Source of the DNA: Balanoglossus misakiensis | Lineage: Eukaryota > Animalia > Hemichordata | NCBI GenBank assembly: GCA_040954595.2 | Contig: CM082592.2 | Coordinates: 186,001-250,000, forward strand | Direction: 5' to 3' | Length of the DNA stretch: 64,000 nucleotides | Part shown: positions 37,322-49,800 of the stretch, piece after piece | Numbering within the stretch: the first letter of the stretch is position 1 | Layout of the letters: the number at the start of each line of letters is the position of its first letter | Notes under the pieces: generated by a model | What the model was told of the DNA's origin: nothing | The model's database searches: none | Seen by the model: the letters and a program-made list of their open reading frames with translations, nothing else | Program-made: the position numbers and the translations under genes

Positions 37322-40300
37322 ATATCAAAGAAAATCTTTATCTACTGGTCATCCAATGTCCTCAGTTAAGACATCAAGCTGCCATCTTCTGATGTCATGT
37401 TAGGTAACAAATTATACAAATGCAGTTCTATTAAAATACTGAAAAGTGATAAAATGTCACTTGCCAGGCAAAAGGGATAGATGGGTATTATAACTCAGTT
37501 CATAACATAACATACCAATGACTGGTTTTGTACATGTACTTGTGGCTGTGTCAGAGTTCGAACAACATTGGTGCCAGTGGTGACAGGTGGATTCTTGCTG
37601 CAGCTCACATTAGGTACTGTTGGTTGTGTTGACTGCACTCCTGTTTGCATCGATGACTGCATAAGTAAACAGAGTAGTATTAAATCGTTATTATAGTATA
37701 CCAGTATATTGATGGTGTAAATCACGCTATTTTATTGGTCAAGACACGACACGTGACTGTGATATATTAGTCATATACCACAGTTATTTATCATAGTCAA
37801 AGAAAATGCCTTTTTAAAATGTTTTATGCAAAGTTTCAATATTCTGGCATGATATCATAGCAATAAAACACCCCCAGCCATGGTATACCACTCGATTTTG
37901 ACCAGTTCAACTCCATATACGCACTCGCTATCACTCGTGCGTATATGTCATGAACTGGTCAAAATCTCGTGATATACCATGGCTGGGAGTGTTTTATTGC
38001 TTAAATAACTCCAACATTAACTTTGGATATCAGCCGTGATGTCTTATTCTACTCTGTAAAACATTAAGAATTACCGTAATCACGCCAATAATTCAACCAG
38101 AAACAAATGGCTGGAAATTCACAGTAGGCAATTACGCACTGGTCCAACACTTCGAGGTTATAGAATAATTAATTATCGAAAGAATAGTGGAAGGTCGAAC
38201 TAATGACACGGTTGAACAGATGGCACGATCAAGGTACTCAGAGTTTGGTTTTCAAACAATGGTGTTCTACATATTGTTCAACATTGTTATTGTTGAAAAA
38301 TAAATTCTAGTCTGAGTTCATTTAATATACACAATGCCCATTACTCATGTACAAGTTCTGTTGAAAAGCTAAAGACTGAACATTTCATAAAGCTATCCAG
38401 AGCTGAACAAGAAACTAGGGTTAATTCCTTCAGTGAAAAATACTGAAAAAAAACAAATGTTAATTTGCCTTTAGCAGTTAGCAGAAAATGTCACCAAAAT
38501 TTTACCATGACATAGGCGTATTATACCATTGATAGGAGAATATGAAAAGGGGAACTTGAATATTTTTTTCCTCAGGTTTTGGCAAAGTATAATCAAACCA
38601 ATCGAAATGACTGCAGTGGCAACATAACATATTTGACAGTCAAATCTGTGTTTGTTTCCACCACTATATAGTGGCCACTTTGTTTCAATTCATGTACATG
38701 TACATTGCACATTAATTGACCCGTCTATAGAAGCCACCTGTCTATAAATGCCAGTTTAGGAAAGTCCCTTGACTGGCCAGTATAGACAGGTTTGACTGTA
38801 CCTACCTCTTTGTGGCTGTGAATCAGTACCTGACCATCTCTAGGGTTTGGAGTTGATAGGATTCACATCAGCAATTGGTGGAGTCTTACTGAACTGACCA
38901 GCATTTGCCATTTGCATGACACCTTCTACGGCTTTCAGTGCAGCAGCTGGTGCCTGCTGGGAAGTCATCTTTGGTGGTGAAATTGCCTGTCCAAAAAGAG
39001 TAACAAACCTAGTTAGTATGGAGCATTATCAAGGCCAGTATTCAAACCACCATGTTTAATTCATGACTTCCAATTTTTAATTCGATGTTGAACTTGCAAC
39101 TCTTGAAGTCCCATTTTCAACACACACACCGACATTTGGACAGGATTGGGTTTAGGCTTTTCACATTAATCTCATTAAAATTGGAATTGATCTCTGAGTC
39201 TGTGGCATTATCCAAAAGAGTCTTTGCATTGACAGAGTGGGCTTCTAGCAACCAAAACAGAAGTTTTGAATGTGTTTTGAAAAAAATAGTCTACTTTAAA
39301 GGCAATGGTAAGACAAGGCTATGTGAAACAGTCAAAAAAAGCTTTCAATTCACAGGATGGGTAACTAGAAACAGCTAATTTAAATCTCATAAAGTAGAAG
39401 ATAGACCACAAGTGTACCTGGGTGGATGAAAATTGTCTCATGGAGATACTTGAAACAGTCACATTGGGTTGTGTCCTGCTTGCTGTGACAGTGGATACTG
39501 GTTGGTTTGGAAAAGCGGTAGGCTGGGCAGAAGGCATTGATGTCCTTTGAACTTGGCCCTGCATCTGGGGCTGACTTGGTTGAGTCAGTTTCTGTTGAGA
39601 GGACGACAGTTTTTTGTGGAGACTGACTTCCAATTTGACTTGGTTGTCCAGGTGACATGTGACAGATGCTACTCAAGGCATATACAAATACAAGATGGCG
39701 TAACTGAATCATAGTAATCTTTCTCATGGTTTTCATACACAGTAAGCTACCATGGGTATACCACACTTAACTACCAAGTCTGGATTTGTTGCAATCTGTC
39801 ATGGATATCCCATAGGGTACTTTGACAGAGTAAATCAGACTGCATGAGTATTGGGTGATAAGTAATTATAACTTGGGTAATTAAAATAACCAGTGCCTGG
39901 GAAAGTCATTAAAACCTGCAACTTGATTTGACTTGGTCAGCCTATAAGTGCTTCCCACTTGTTACAACTTAGGATACATCTGATTAAAGCCCATGAGGCT
40001 AAGTGATGTTTTTTTCAGGAGGTGCCCCTGCCTGAAATAAACATACCTTGGCAGAGCAGCTTTACATAATTCTACTATATATCACACTTCACTTGGAGGT
40101 GTAATTATGTGCGGACTTAATTTGACAATGGCTGGGAAGCAACACTGGAGACTTTACCTGGAGATGATCTTCCAACAGTTGATTTGAGAGGATTTGAGGT
40201 CATACCAGAGGTAGGCCCTGTAACCATGGTAACTGTTGATGCAGGTTTCCGTGGATGTGTTGTGGTAGTGGTTGTAGTGGTTGCTATGGTTGTAGGTTTC

Positions 40301-42052
40301 ACTATGGCATCCTCTTTCGTATCACCACTAGACACAGATTTTTCTGAAACACAATCATTACAAAAATGGAGGATTGTAGAGTTGATGTAAAATTCTGCTG
40401 TGGATTCACACAATGTCACGAAACTTGTCTTGAACCTGTACCAGTGTTTCATCCAGGATTTAACCATGGAAACTGATTGCCCACCTTCCAACAATTTTCA
40501 GGAGGATGTGTAATTCATTGGCCAGGCATTGAAATGATGGGGAATAATAGGCTTGGCTTGTGCAAGTACTGCAACAGAATACACTGCATCACTCGCGAAA
40601 TAACTTCTGTAAGCCTCAGATCGTGTGCAGAGGTCATGAAGTTCTGGCATATTTAGTATTAGCCAACCAAGAGCGAATAATAATATGTGATGTGTAATAA
40701 ATATTAATAAAAATATTACAACCATTTTACGGAAGTACCGATTTAGGGTAATGAAAATTTTAACAACCACAAAAAAGGTGTTCTACATCACCACAATATG
40801 ATGAATTGGTTGTCAATGGCCATGTAAACAAGTTGTATATTTGTCCTTTGAACTTTAGAATCTGGATTTTATGATTTCAAATATTTGCTTAGCAACAGAT
40901 ACCCAAGCAGTCACGCAGTTACACCCATTGGAAAATGGTATCACCCACACCAAGGTGGGTGGAAGTTGGTCCTGGTGCTTTTTTTCCCATGATTCAAATT
41001 ACAGTAAACGCCATATTAGAAATTCTGCCAACTTTCCCTCGATTTTGTAAAAAAATCTGACGACTTATACATGACGAATATTTTTTTTTCTGAAAGAGTG
41101 ACCTCAAAGCTACCAAATTATGTAGAAATTACCTGGACCGGATTTCCCCTTTAAGGATAGATTGTTCAAGACAAAAGTAATGGCTTGAATAGAATATTAC
41201 ATGCACATTTCTATTAAGGACACCTCTCTATTAAAGGGACAAAGTCTCTCTCTCGCTGCCCATTTTTCCATTAATAATGTTTGATACAAGACACTGTTTA
41301 TGTTAATGTACATGTGTATATGTAGTGAATGAACGTTCAACCATACACAACTTCCATCCCGCGTGTATGATATGGGAGTAAAAACTCACCCAAAACGAAT
41401 AAATGGTAGAGACTGATTATTCATTTTGGCGAGTTTTTTCACTCTCATGTCCACAAGCAGTATATACTTTGTGTGTGGTTGAATGTTGATTCACTATATA
41501 TCCACATGTAGAATAACATAAATAGTGTCTTGTAACAAATATAATTAATGGAATAAGGGGCAGCGAGCGGGAGAGAGAGCCTGTAACCCTTAAAGGACAT
41601 GTTGTGTGATCCCAGAGGTGCCCTTACTAGGCAGGTTTCAATGTACTTCACACGTGAGTTGTACTTTACTGTCGGTATGGAATCATTTCCTGGTTGACAT
41701 GGTGAGCTTTACATACAGATAAACCACCTCAAAAAGTGGGGGCTATAACTAGAGAATGATCTTTAACCTCAGAATTTTACCATAATTACCTTGAATATCG
41801 TAAACTCTTCATATCGTCAAATAACTGCAATGCAGTACTCAGACCTTCAGAAATCATACTGTATTTCTCACCTGCTCCTGACAAAAATCTGAAATACAAC
41901 ACAGTACAATTATTTAACAAAAGGTGTATGTAAACAATGTCTACTCCGATTGTAGACAGATTTTGTTAAACATTTTATGAAACATTTAAAGGTAGGAACC
42001 TCTAATAAAAGCCAGTGAGTCAAAGGACAAAACTGAGACAATGTCCCTTTAA

Positions 42053-42137
42053 CCCTTTCACCCCCAGTTCCTTCTATACAGGTTGAACCTTTTCATAGAT
42101 AACAATGGGTTTAGACTGAACCTTGGTTGTGAAAGGG
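42053..42137. mobile_element. 85-bp piggyBac-like MITE
   Basis: TTAA|CCCTTTCAC...GTGAAAGGG|TTAA. Confidence 0.75.
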
Positions 42138-42187
42138 TTAATGGGCTTCCATAATGAGTGTTCTTTAAAATAAGAGGGTGTTACTTA

Positions 42188-42298
42188 AGGGTTATTACAC
42201 TAAGTTTTGCCGATAACGCATCATATTTGAGTGATGTCCGTATTATGGACATCACGAGGATGCATCACGTTATCGACCAAACTTAGTGTAATAACCCC
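42188..42298. repeat. Imperfect palindrome
   Basis: GGGTTATTACACTAAGTTT..GTGATGTCC / GGACATCAC..AAACTTAGTGTAATAACCC. Confidence 0.65.
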
Positions 42299-42872
42299 TC
42301 TATCATACATGAACAGTAACCCATTGCCAAGTGTGACAGGGTGATGCGATCAGGTGATCAACGTATAGGCCGTAGTATCATTCTAAGAGGGTTGGTAGCT
42401 TTCATTATGATGGGGCATGTGATTCAGGTCCCCCCCCCCCCATCTACCTTAGCTGAGCTTTGGATCGCTTCGCCAAAGTTTATATGACAAGGGTGTTAGC
42501 CCATTCCTATAATATTTGGCTAGCTATATCGTTTATTATTAATGAATTAATTAATATGACTGACTGACTGACTGACTGACTTAATGGATGAATGAATCAA
42601 TCAATCAATCACCCAGACATGGCCTGGAAGGATTCACCCCCTGTTGAGATGTTGGCACCCCCTAGCAAATTGTCATGGGTGGGGTGGTCAGTGGCCCTTA
42701 AAATGATGTCACTCACATGATAGAGATATTAATTACATAACTCTTTTCCAGAGTGTGCTCTATTTACAGTCTGCACTATATACAGATACATGTGTAATGA
42801 TATTTCAATTACTTTTGGAATCACAGGACAGTAGAAAGGTTGATTGAACAAAAGGTTTTTGAAATTCACTCA

Positions 42873-42943
42873 CCATGTATTGGAACAGCTCTTACAGACA
42901 TCACATCATCATTCAACGCTAAATCTTCGTAACTTTTACATAC
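42873..42943 (-). CDS. Possible small exon of unknown gene
   Basis: taacag|(V)CKSYEDLALNDDVMSVRAVPIH(G)|gtgagt, open frame. Not recognisably MED25. Coordinates approximate. Confidence 0.35.
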
Positions 42944-43929
42944 TGTTAATATAAATATAATTACTTTTCTTTAAATGTCATCCAAATATTACAATGTTTC
43001 TAGCAATTTCATAAACTGCATTAAGATAATACTGTGTGTATGATATATACTTTGTGGATAGGATACAGATCTTTGCTTATTACCAAGAATATAACACCAT
43101 GTGTTTGGATTTTAAATGCAGTTCGGAGCTGACTGTGTTGCATTTTGACTGCAAAATTAAAATATTTAGTTACATTTCCTTGCATTTAGTGTTGAAAATG
43201 TCACTTTCAGCTTTAAAATGAGCACTGATATCTATGGAACTAGGAGAATTGTGCTTTTTACAACATACAATATTTACATTTAATCAAACAACAGGAGGAT
43301 ATTTGACAGTCAATCAATAAATATGACATACATATGAGTTGCATGTACAAAACTAGACACATGTATGCATGTGATATTTAAAGGGACATTAACTGTAACA
43401 CATGCTCTACCCAGAACTCCACTTGTCAACATAATCTGTATGTGTGTAACGGCTATTTAAATGAATTCTAGTCCAGACTTGAATTCAAATTTAGAATAAC
43501 AATACTGACTAGACACACCTATATTTCATCATGATTCAGGGATCTGAAGAAGACACTGCAGTAAATACTTAAAACAAAAATATTGAAAACAAAGTGAAAA
43601 GTTGTACAGCTAATGAAGCTTGAAATATGTTCAGACACAAGTAGAACAGGCAATGAAAACACATTATAAACATTGAGAAAAACACCCAAAGTAACATGTA
43701 CTACCGGTATCTATGGGGGCTGTTCTGGTCAAAATTGTAGTTTATTACTAAAACATGTTAGAATTAATTTTATAAAGCCTGGAATTAATTTTACCAGTAT
43801 GTAGAATTATTTTTTATGTGCTTTAATTATTTTTTGTAGTCATGCAGAAATCATTTTATGTGTTCTAAATAATTATTTTAGCTTATCTTTGTTAGAAATA
43901 ATTTTGCCAACAATATCTCAAATTATTTT

Positions 43930-44090
43930 TACGTGTACAATCGAATTAATTACAGGTGTAGTGTCGAATTAATTTTACGTGTTGTGTCGAATTAATTTCA
44001 CGTGTAGTGTCGAATTAATATCACCTGTTTGGTCAAATTAATTTCACGTGTTGTGTCGAATTATTTTACGTTGTGCCGAATTAATATTGC
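43930..44090. repeat. ~22-bp minisatellite
   Basis: GTCGAATTAATTT(T/C)ACGTGT, about 7 degenerate copies. Confidence 0.75.
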
Positions 44091-44114
44091 CCTTAGAATC
44101 CTTTCCGCGTAAAT

Positions 44115-44126
44115 CAAGATGGCGGC
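44115..44126 (+). promoter_or_regulatory. YY1-type motif at the start of a CpG-richer segment
   Basis: CAAGATGGCGGC, a motif typical near animal transcription starts. Confidence 0.3.
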
Positions 44127-47038
44127 GGCTGAGCATGTCTTTCTCGCTGCATAAAGTTCAAAAAGGGGCCGTTGTACAAGTTGTGAGACGTTTTGGGGCG
44201 ATTTGCTGTCTAATATAAATGCAGTGTGCTCGAAAACGACGATCGGTGCACGAGTTTTGGTCTACAGACAGAATGTTCTAGTCAAACCACTCAAAACCAC
44301 TACCAGTTGGTGTAATCGCCAGCCTTGCTATGGTATAGCCCAGCTCTGCGTACAGTGTTCTTGGCGTGGAGGCCGTGTAATGCCGGGAACACACAGACCT
44401 GTACGCAGAGCTAGCTGTTGCCCCGCGTTGCCAGTTCACCTAGATTGAATAAATTTTGACATCTGAAAATACGAAAATTGTGTTAATTTGTTATTTCCCG
44501 AACTAAGAAATAGCTGTAGGGCCAGACCCTGGGAAACGACAAATAAAGTATTCCTTAATATTTCCTTGTAAACTCAAGTTTTGTGTAAATAAATTTGAAT
44601 TAAAAGGACAAAGTCTCTCTCTACATAACCATATTTATTGGAAATTTGATAGCTTGCATTCTAGATTTACCTCTGGAGGGGGGGGGGGTGGGGCAAGAGA
44701 ATTCAATTTTTTTACCGCTAAATTTCACATGCCCACCGTACACAACGAGAAATATTTTCAAATCCCCCCTTCCGAACTGCCAAAAATTTGAAATTCCCCC
44801 ATTGTGTCCAAACACATCACCTATCTATCTTGTAAAAAAGAAAAACTTGTTTTTATTTTTTAAGTATTTGTATTCTGTGCTGGGAGACATTGAAAAACCG
44901 AGAATTGAAGGGGATTTTATAAAATACAGAGCTCAAAGCTGCATTTTAATGAACCTGGCAAAAGCAAATTAACTCAACTACCGGTATGTTGGGGAGGACA
45001 AATTTAACTGTCGCCGCTCAAAGTTATCATTGGGTGGGGGCAAGACCCCTGACCTGGGACACTAGATAAACCAGTCAATGATTGAAAGGTGTTCATGAAT
45101 GGAGGGGGTGGGTATTAGAAAATTTTGTAAAATAAAGGGCGCAAAACTGTATTTTTGTGGACTCAAAATAAATATTTAGTCGTCAAAGTTTTCAAGTCGC
45201 CCCTTTCAGTCCCTAAATTATTTCAAATTCCCCCCTTACATACCCTCAATTTTTTTTCAAATCCCCCCCTCAATTCTCCCCCCCCCCTGCAGAGGTGTTT
45301 GTGAATGCAGCCCTACTGTCTATGTATCTCTGTTTACGTCTATGGTGTGGGGTAACACAGAAACATAAACAAGTACAGAGATTGTTCAGCAAGTAATGTT
45401 AATTGTAGAAAAAAGTATATCAGAACAGCGTTAATGCAAAGTTCCTCAAGAAAGAGGGACTTTAGTGCTTAATGTTAACAGCTCCTTATGGTGTAACTAG
45501 GCCTTTACCGATACCGGCGATGCCTCCACACCATAGTACCACAGCTCACTAGCATTGCCATAGGCAATGCTGGCGATTATCCCAACTGCGTAGTGACTAG
45601 AAAATTCTGTCTGTAGACCAAAACTCGTGCACCGATCGCCGTTTTCTAGCACGGAAGAAAACGCCTAGAAAACGCCGTTTTCTAGAAGGAAGAGCTCCCT
45701 GTGGTCTTCCCATAAACGTTGGAATCACACTGCAGTGGTCGCCTGATTCAACCAGTAAAGGTCACATGAGGTCATCAATTGTTGTCGGTTTTCTGGTTGA
45801 ATATTCTCTGAAAGCACGCCTTAACATTGATATTTTGCAATTGGTGTCAGTAGTCATGAACTTTAATGTATGGAGCATCACTCGGCCCCAGTTACTGAGT
45901 TGCGATAGGGCGAAATCAACAGCGGAAACTGATTGTCGATCGTCTATGTCTCAAGCTTACCTTGTTTACGGACTGAATCAGGGGACTGCAGCAGCGTTAT
46001 TTCGACGAATGTGATTCTACCCACACATTAAGTCGTGAAAACTATCTGTGATATCTTAAAACACACTAAATACTGTAATGTTTCAATACTCACTGCGCCA
46101 AATATGTATATAGGAATAATGATGGTGGACAGTGTGGGGGGCATGACTTGCAGAAAACAGCTGGTTGCTCGCTCCTTGGCTTCGCATGTTTTCCGCTATT
46201 CTTTCACAGAAATATTGACACTGTCCTGGATGTGTAACGAACACTGGCCAAGTAACGTCCATAGAAAAGGCGACATTGGAGTTGACGACAGAAAAAATGT
46301 GCCATTAAAACGAACTGGCAGATTCGCTAGCCTGCATCTCAAATGTGTTTACAACGAAGACGCTGTAAGGGGTCAAAGTCTACGGGTCGAAGGTCAGCAA
46401 CAGCGTCCTCGTGGGGTATATTCTGCGGGACAATCCCTCTTTCTGGAGTGTCCAACGGAAGAAGCAGGTGGGTCTGCTTCTTCCGCTGCACTCTTTTCGG
46501 GAGCGCAGCGGAAGAAGCAGAGGGGTCTGGGTAACCAAACTTGTTATCTGAGGTATACAAGAAACTTGAGTAAACAAGAGACAATTTCAAAGATCTTTGA
46601 AAACACAGATGAGAGCGAAATAGGTCGATAATAAAGGTCGCACCATTCTAGATTTCATGAAGTAATTGTAACTAATAACCTGCAATTGCTGAATTTTAAC
46701 GAAAAGAAATAAAAAAATCAACAAACTGACTCTGTTATGTAACGCTTTGTGTAAATTGGTACATTAGAGTTGAGTTGATATGCCGAGTTCGTTCCAGAGT
46801 GGGGTCCAGCCTGGACTACAGGCCTTGTCCAGTATATCCACGGTTGATCCTTTTTGAAATAAAGTCATAGGCCTATCATTGGCGTTTAAATCTACTCTAC
46901 TCGTGTTCCCGTCTCTTCATCAACCGACATTCCGACCAGACTCTACGAATTTATCCCACCAATTATGGGCTGAGGGAAATATTTGCCATTTGGGGACAAT
47001 TTTCTCTCCAAAATCGGCATGATCGGTACATAATGTTA

Positions 47039-47665
47039 GGGAGCATTCGTTTTTTACAGGGAGGGGGGGGGGGCGGTGGAATTTGAGTCGCCGACTAAAT
47101 GTAAAAGGCAACCCCCCCTCGAAATTACTTTTCTAAAATGTGTCCCCCCCCCTAAATTCTTCAATTGTAAAATGTGACCCCCCCCCCCAAAAAAAAGAGT
47201 TTATCCTCCGGATTAAACTTGAAATCCCCCCCCATTTTCTTTCACAGAGCAAAACACATCACCTCTATATCTTGTAAAAAAGAAAAACAGCGCTCCCATG
47301 AAAAGAATTTGAAACCGATGTTTCCCCTCATCATCAAAACTGAACACTGTTTTTATTTTTTAAGTATTTGTATTCTGTGTTGGGAGACATTGTAAACCGA
47401 GAATTGAAGGGGTGGGTTTGGGAGGGGGTGTCCCCCTCCCACATTACAAAATTTTGTAAAATAAAGGGCGTGAAACTGCATTTTTGTGGACTCAAAATAA
47501 ATATTTAGCCGTCAAAGTTTCAGTCAAGTCCCCCCCTTTCAGTCCCTATATAATAATCCCTTGATTATAAAATTTGTCCCCCCTAAAAACTGCTTTGTAA
47601 AAGTAAACCCCCCCCCCTGATTTCAACCGGCCCCCCCCCCCTCCCTGTAAAAAACGTATGCTCCC
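47039..47665. mobile_element. Harbinger-like MITE; related fragment at ~44670-45310
   Basis: TTA|GGGAGCATTCGTTTTTTACAGGGAGGG...CCCTCCCTGTAAAAAACGTATGCTCCC|TTA. Confidence 0.8.
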
Positions 47666-48899
47666 TTACGCATCCGAGTCTACTCGGTGTAAAAAATGTT
47701 GATTCTGTAGGCCAGTGTAGGCCTAAATTGCTATCAAATACAAGTTTTAAATATCTCAAAATTCATGTTTGGGAATAAAACTTTTGCAGAGTTCGTCTAT
47801 TAAAATATGAAAAGACGTTTTACTTTTACAGTTTTACTTTCCAGTACTGGTCTGTTCCCCCGCCCATTCCCACGCTGACTGCGCTATAGGCTAAAAGGAA
47901 AGGATGGCTTTGCTCGTCACCGTGACTGTAGCGAAAGGGAATCGCTATATAACATCCGCTGTATTAGATACACTGCCCGGGGAAACTTTCATAGCAGTCT
48001 GGGCCATCTGGCCTTATATATTACACGGCTTGCAATGAACACTCGTACTTGGAGCCAGCTGACAAAAAAACAAAACATGGCCTTGGGGGCGCTGTATAGT
48101 CGTGGTGTCATGGCGGGGCGATTTGAATCTCTGACTTCCATCGGTCGGATTGAATGGATCGCGAAGCCCTCAAAATGGAATATTATTCCTGAAATACTGC
48201 TTCCAAGTATTCGCCAGAGGTCCAGGTGCAAGTTTTATCATGAACAGTTCAAGTTTCTTGTGTATTTCTAGCGCAGGCAGTGGAAGTTGTCCAACGTAAT
48301 GGAATTTTACACGATTGCGTCACAAGGTGTCATGGCGGACTTTATCTCTCTGACGAGAATATTCACTGAACGCGAAGAATAGTATATTATGATTTGTGTG
48401 CGCGTTTGAATCCAAATGTTATGCTGGAGTCCCTCTGAAGATGTTACACAGTGTGCATGGAATATCGTTGGTCGACTTGAACGTTTCAGTGAGTACATTA
48501 GGTCCTATTTAATTAAATTTAATATCGTGTTTACGAAAAAACATGCCGTGACATAATTTGTGACCCCGGCCAGCATTGACGAAGGATTCAATTTTATTAC
48601 ACATATTCATAGTAAGCGAAAAATTGGGTTTCAGATGCATTTTTAGGCTTTTTATATCATAATAACGAGTTTGTATGAATGTTTACTCATAGTCGTATTC
48701 ATACAACAAGCTAAATAGTCAGTAGTTCCATAGCAAACCAAAACTATCCATATAAAGCATGACTAGACAAATTTCTATCCGAGCAATTACAACTTGAATT
48801 TCACTAGAGTAGCAACGCTCATAAAGTTGACTGAAACGTTGTGTTTAGGTCCCATGGTATGTATGTCAATCCAAATAAAAAAACTTGGAAACCACTTGG

Positions 48900-49800
48900 C
48901 ATATCACCTTGATATAAACGAAGTTGTCATTCTCAAAAATATGCAAATTAGCTTGAAAATGTGAAATTGGTCAAAACTCCGAAACTCAACAACTATTGGG
49001 CAAATTGCTTTGAAAATTGGTATGAATGTACCTTATGTCAACCACTGAACCTCATACAGTCCTCAAAATTTTAGTTAATATCATGAATTTTCTATTTTTA
49101 TGAAGATTTTAGTCTTTTTTTTATATTATAGACTGTAAACAATCATGGGTTGATTGCTTTAAAATTTATTATGAAGCTTCCAATAGGTAATCTAAGTCAT
49201 TTTTTCCAGTTTGTTGCATAATTTGCATATTTGTAATTTTTGGGTAATTTTTATGATTTTTTGTAAAAAATCATTTCTCTGAAACCTCTTGTCCAGAATC
49301 ATTAGGATTTTGGTAGGCATGTTCCTAGGGATAACCCAAGTAAGCTGTCGTACATACCTTGTTGGTGAAATTTCCATATTCGTGTTCTTGGGGCAATTTT
49401 GGGGGATTTTGCGCAAAAAAATTGTTTTCTATGAAACCGTTTGTCAGATTGCTTTGAATTTTTGTAGGCACATTCCTTATGGTGATTGAAGTAAGACATT
49501 GTACAATTCTGGTGATATTTGCATTCTTGTGTTTTTACCACTTTTGAAGCAATATTGCTGTGACATTTTGTGGGAATTATCATGTGGGAACTCAAGTAGG
49601 TAATGAAAAGTGTTGGTGAAATTTGTGTTCTTAGGGCAATTTTTGGTGTTTTGGGTCTTAATTAGGGACCCAAGCGCCCTTAGGCTACTGTAATTACTGG
49701 AGTTTTTTTTTCTTTTTTCTTGAGTCATTTTAATTTTTTGTTCACCTAGATCTCAGAAACTGCGCTTCTGAACCTTGGCATATAAAGGTTGGCAAACACA
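48900..49800. repeat. Interspersed subrepeat-built element, homologous to inserts at ~790-1270 and ~22320-22790 within Academ
   Basis: Shared blocks TATGAAGCTTCC, TGGTAGGCATGTTC and GAAGTAAG..ATTGTACAATT. Confidence 0.6.

Larger units (their letters stand above)
31138..41888 (-). pseudogene. MED25: MED25 (Mediator subunit 25) partial gene, copy 2
   Basis: Exon 41790-41888 [30 protein letters not shown] (vWA). Exons 40158-40343 and ~39418-39669 are T/Q/P-rich. Exon 38890-38986 QQAPAAALKAVEGVMQMANAG (SD1-like). Exon 37516-37656. Exon 31796-31964 KSVVWHGALEWQE. Exon 31138-31245 SLGAMFQNSRTVEFQF..LFRIMSGGF (ACID). Several exons are missing, there are apparent frameshifts, and the ACID exon acceptor is mutated. 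Confidence 0.85.
15671..42354. repeat. Segmental tandem duplication unit (copy 2)
   Basis: 1-14116 matches 21525-32301, and 14117-15670 matches 40706-42354. Homology stops after GGTGATGCGATCAGG. Confidence 0.9.

Noticed and set aside
12971-41888. Intact functional MED25 gene
   Set aside because: No start or C-terminal exons, missing internal exons, frameshifts and a broken acceptor.
46035-46631. 198-aa ORF
   Set aside because: Non-ATG start, no recognisable domain, no exon support.
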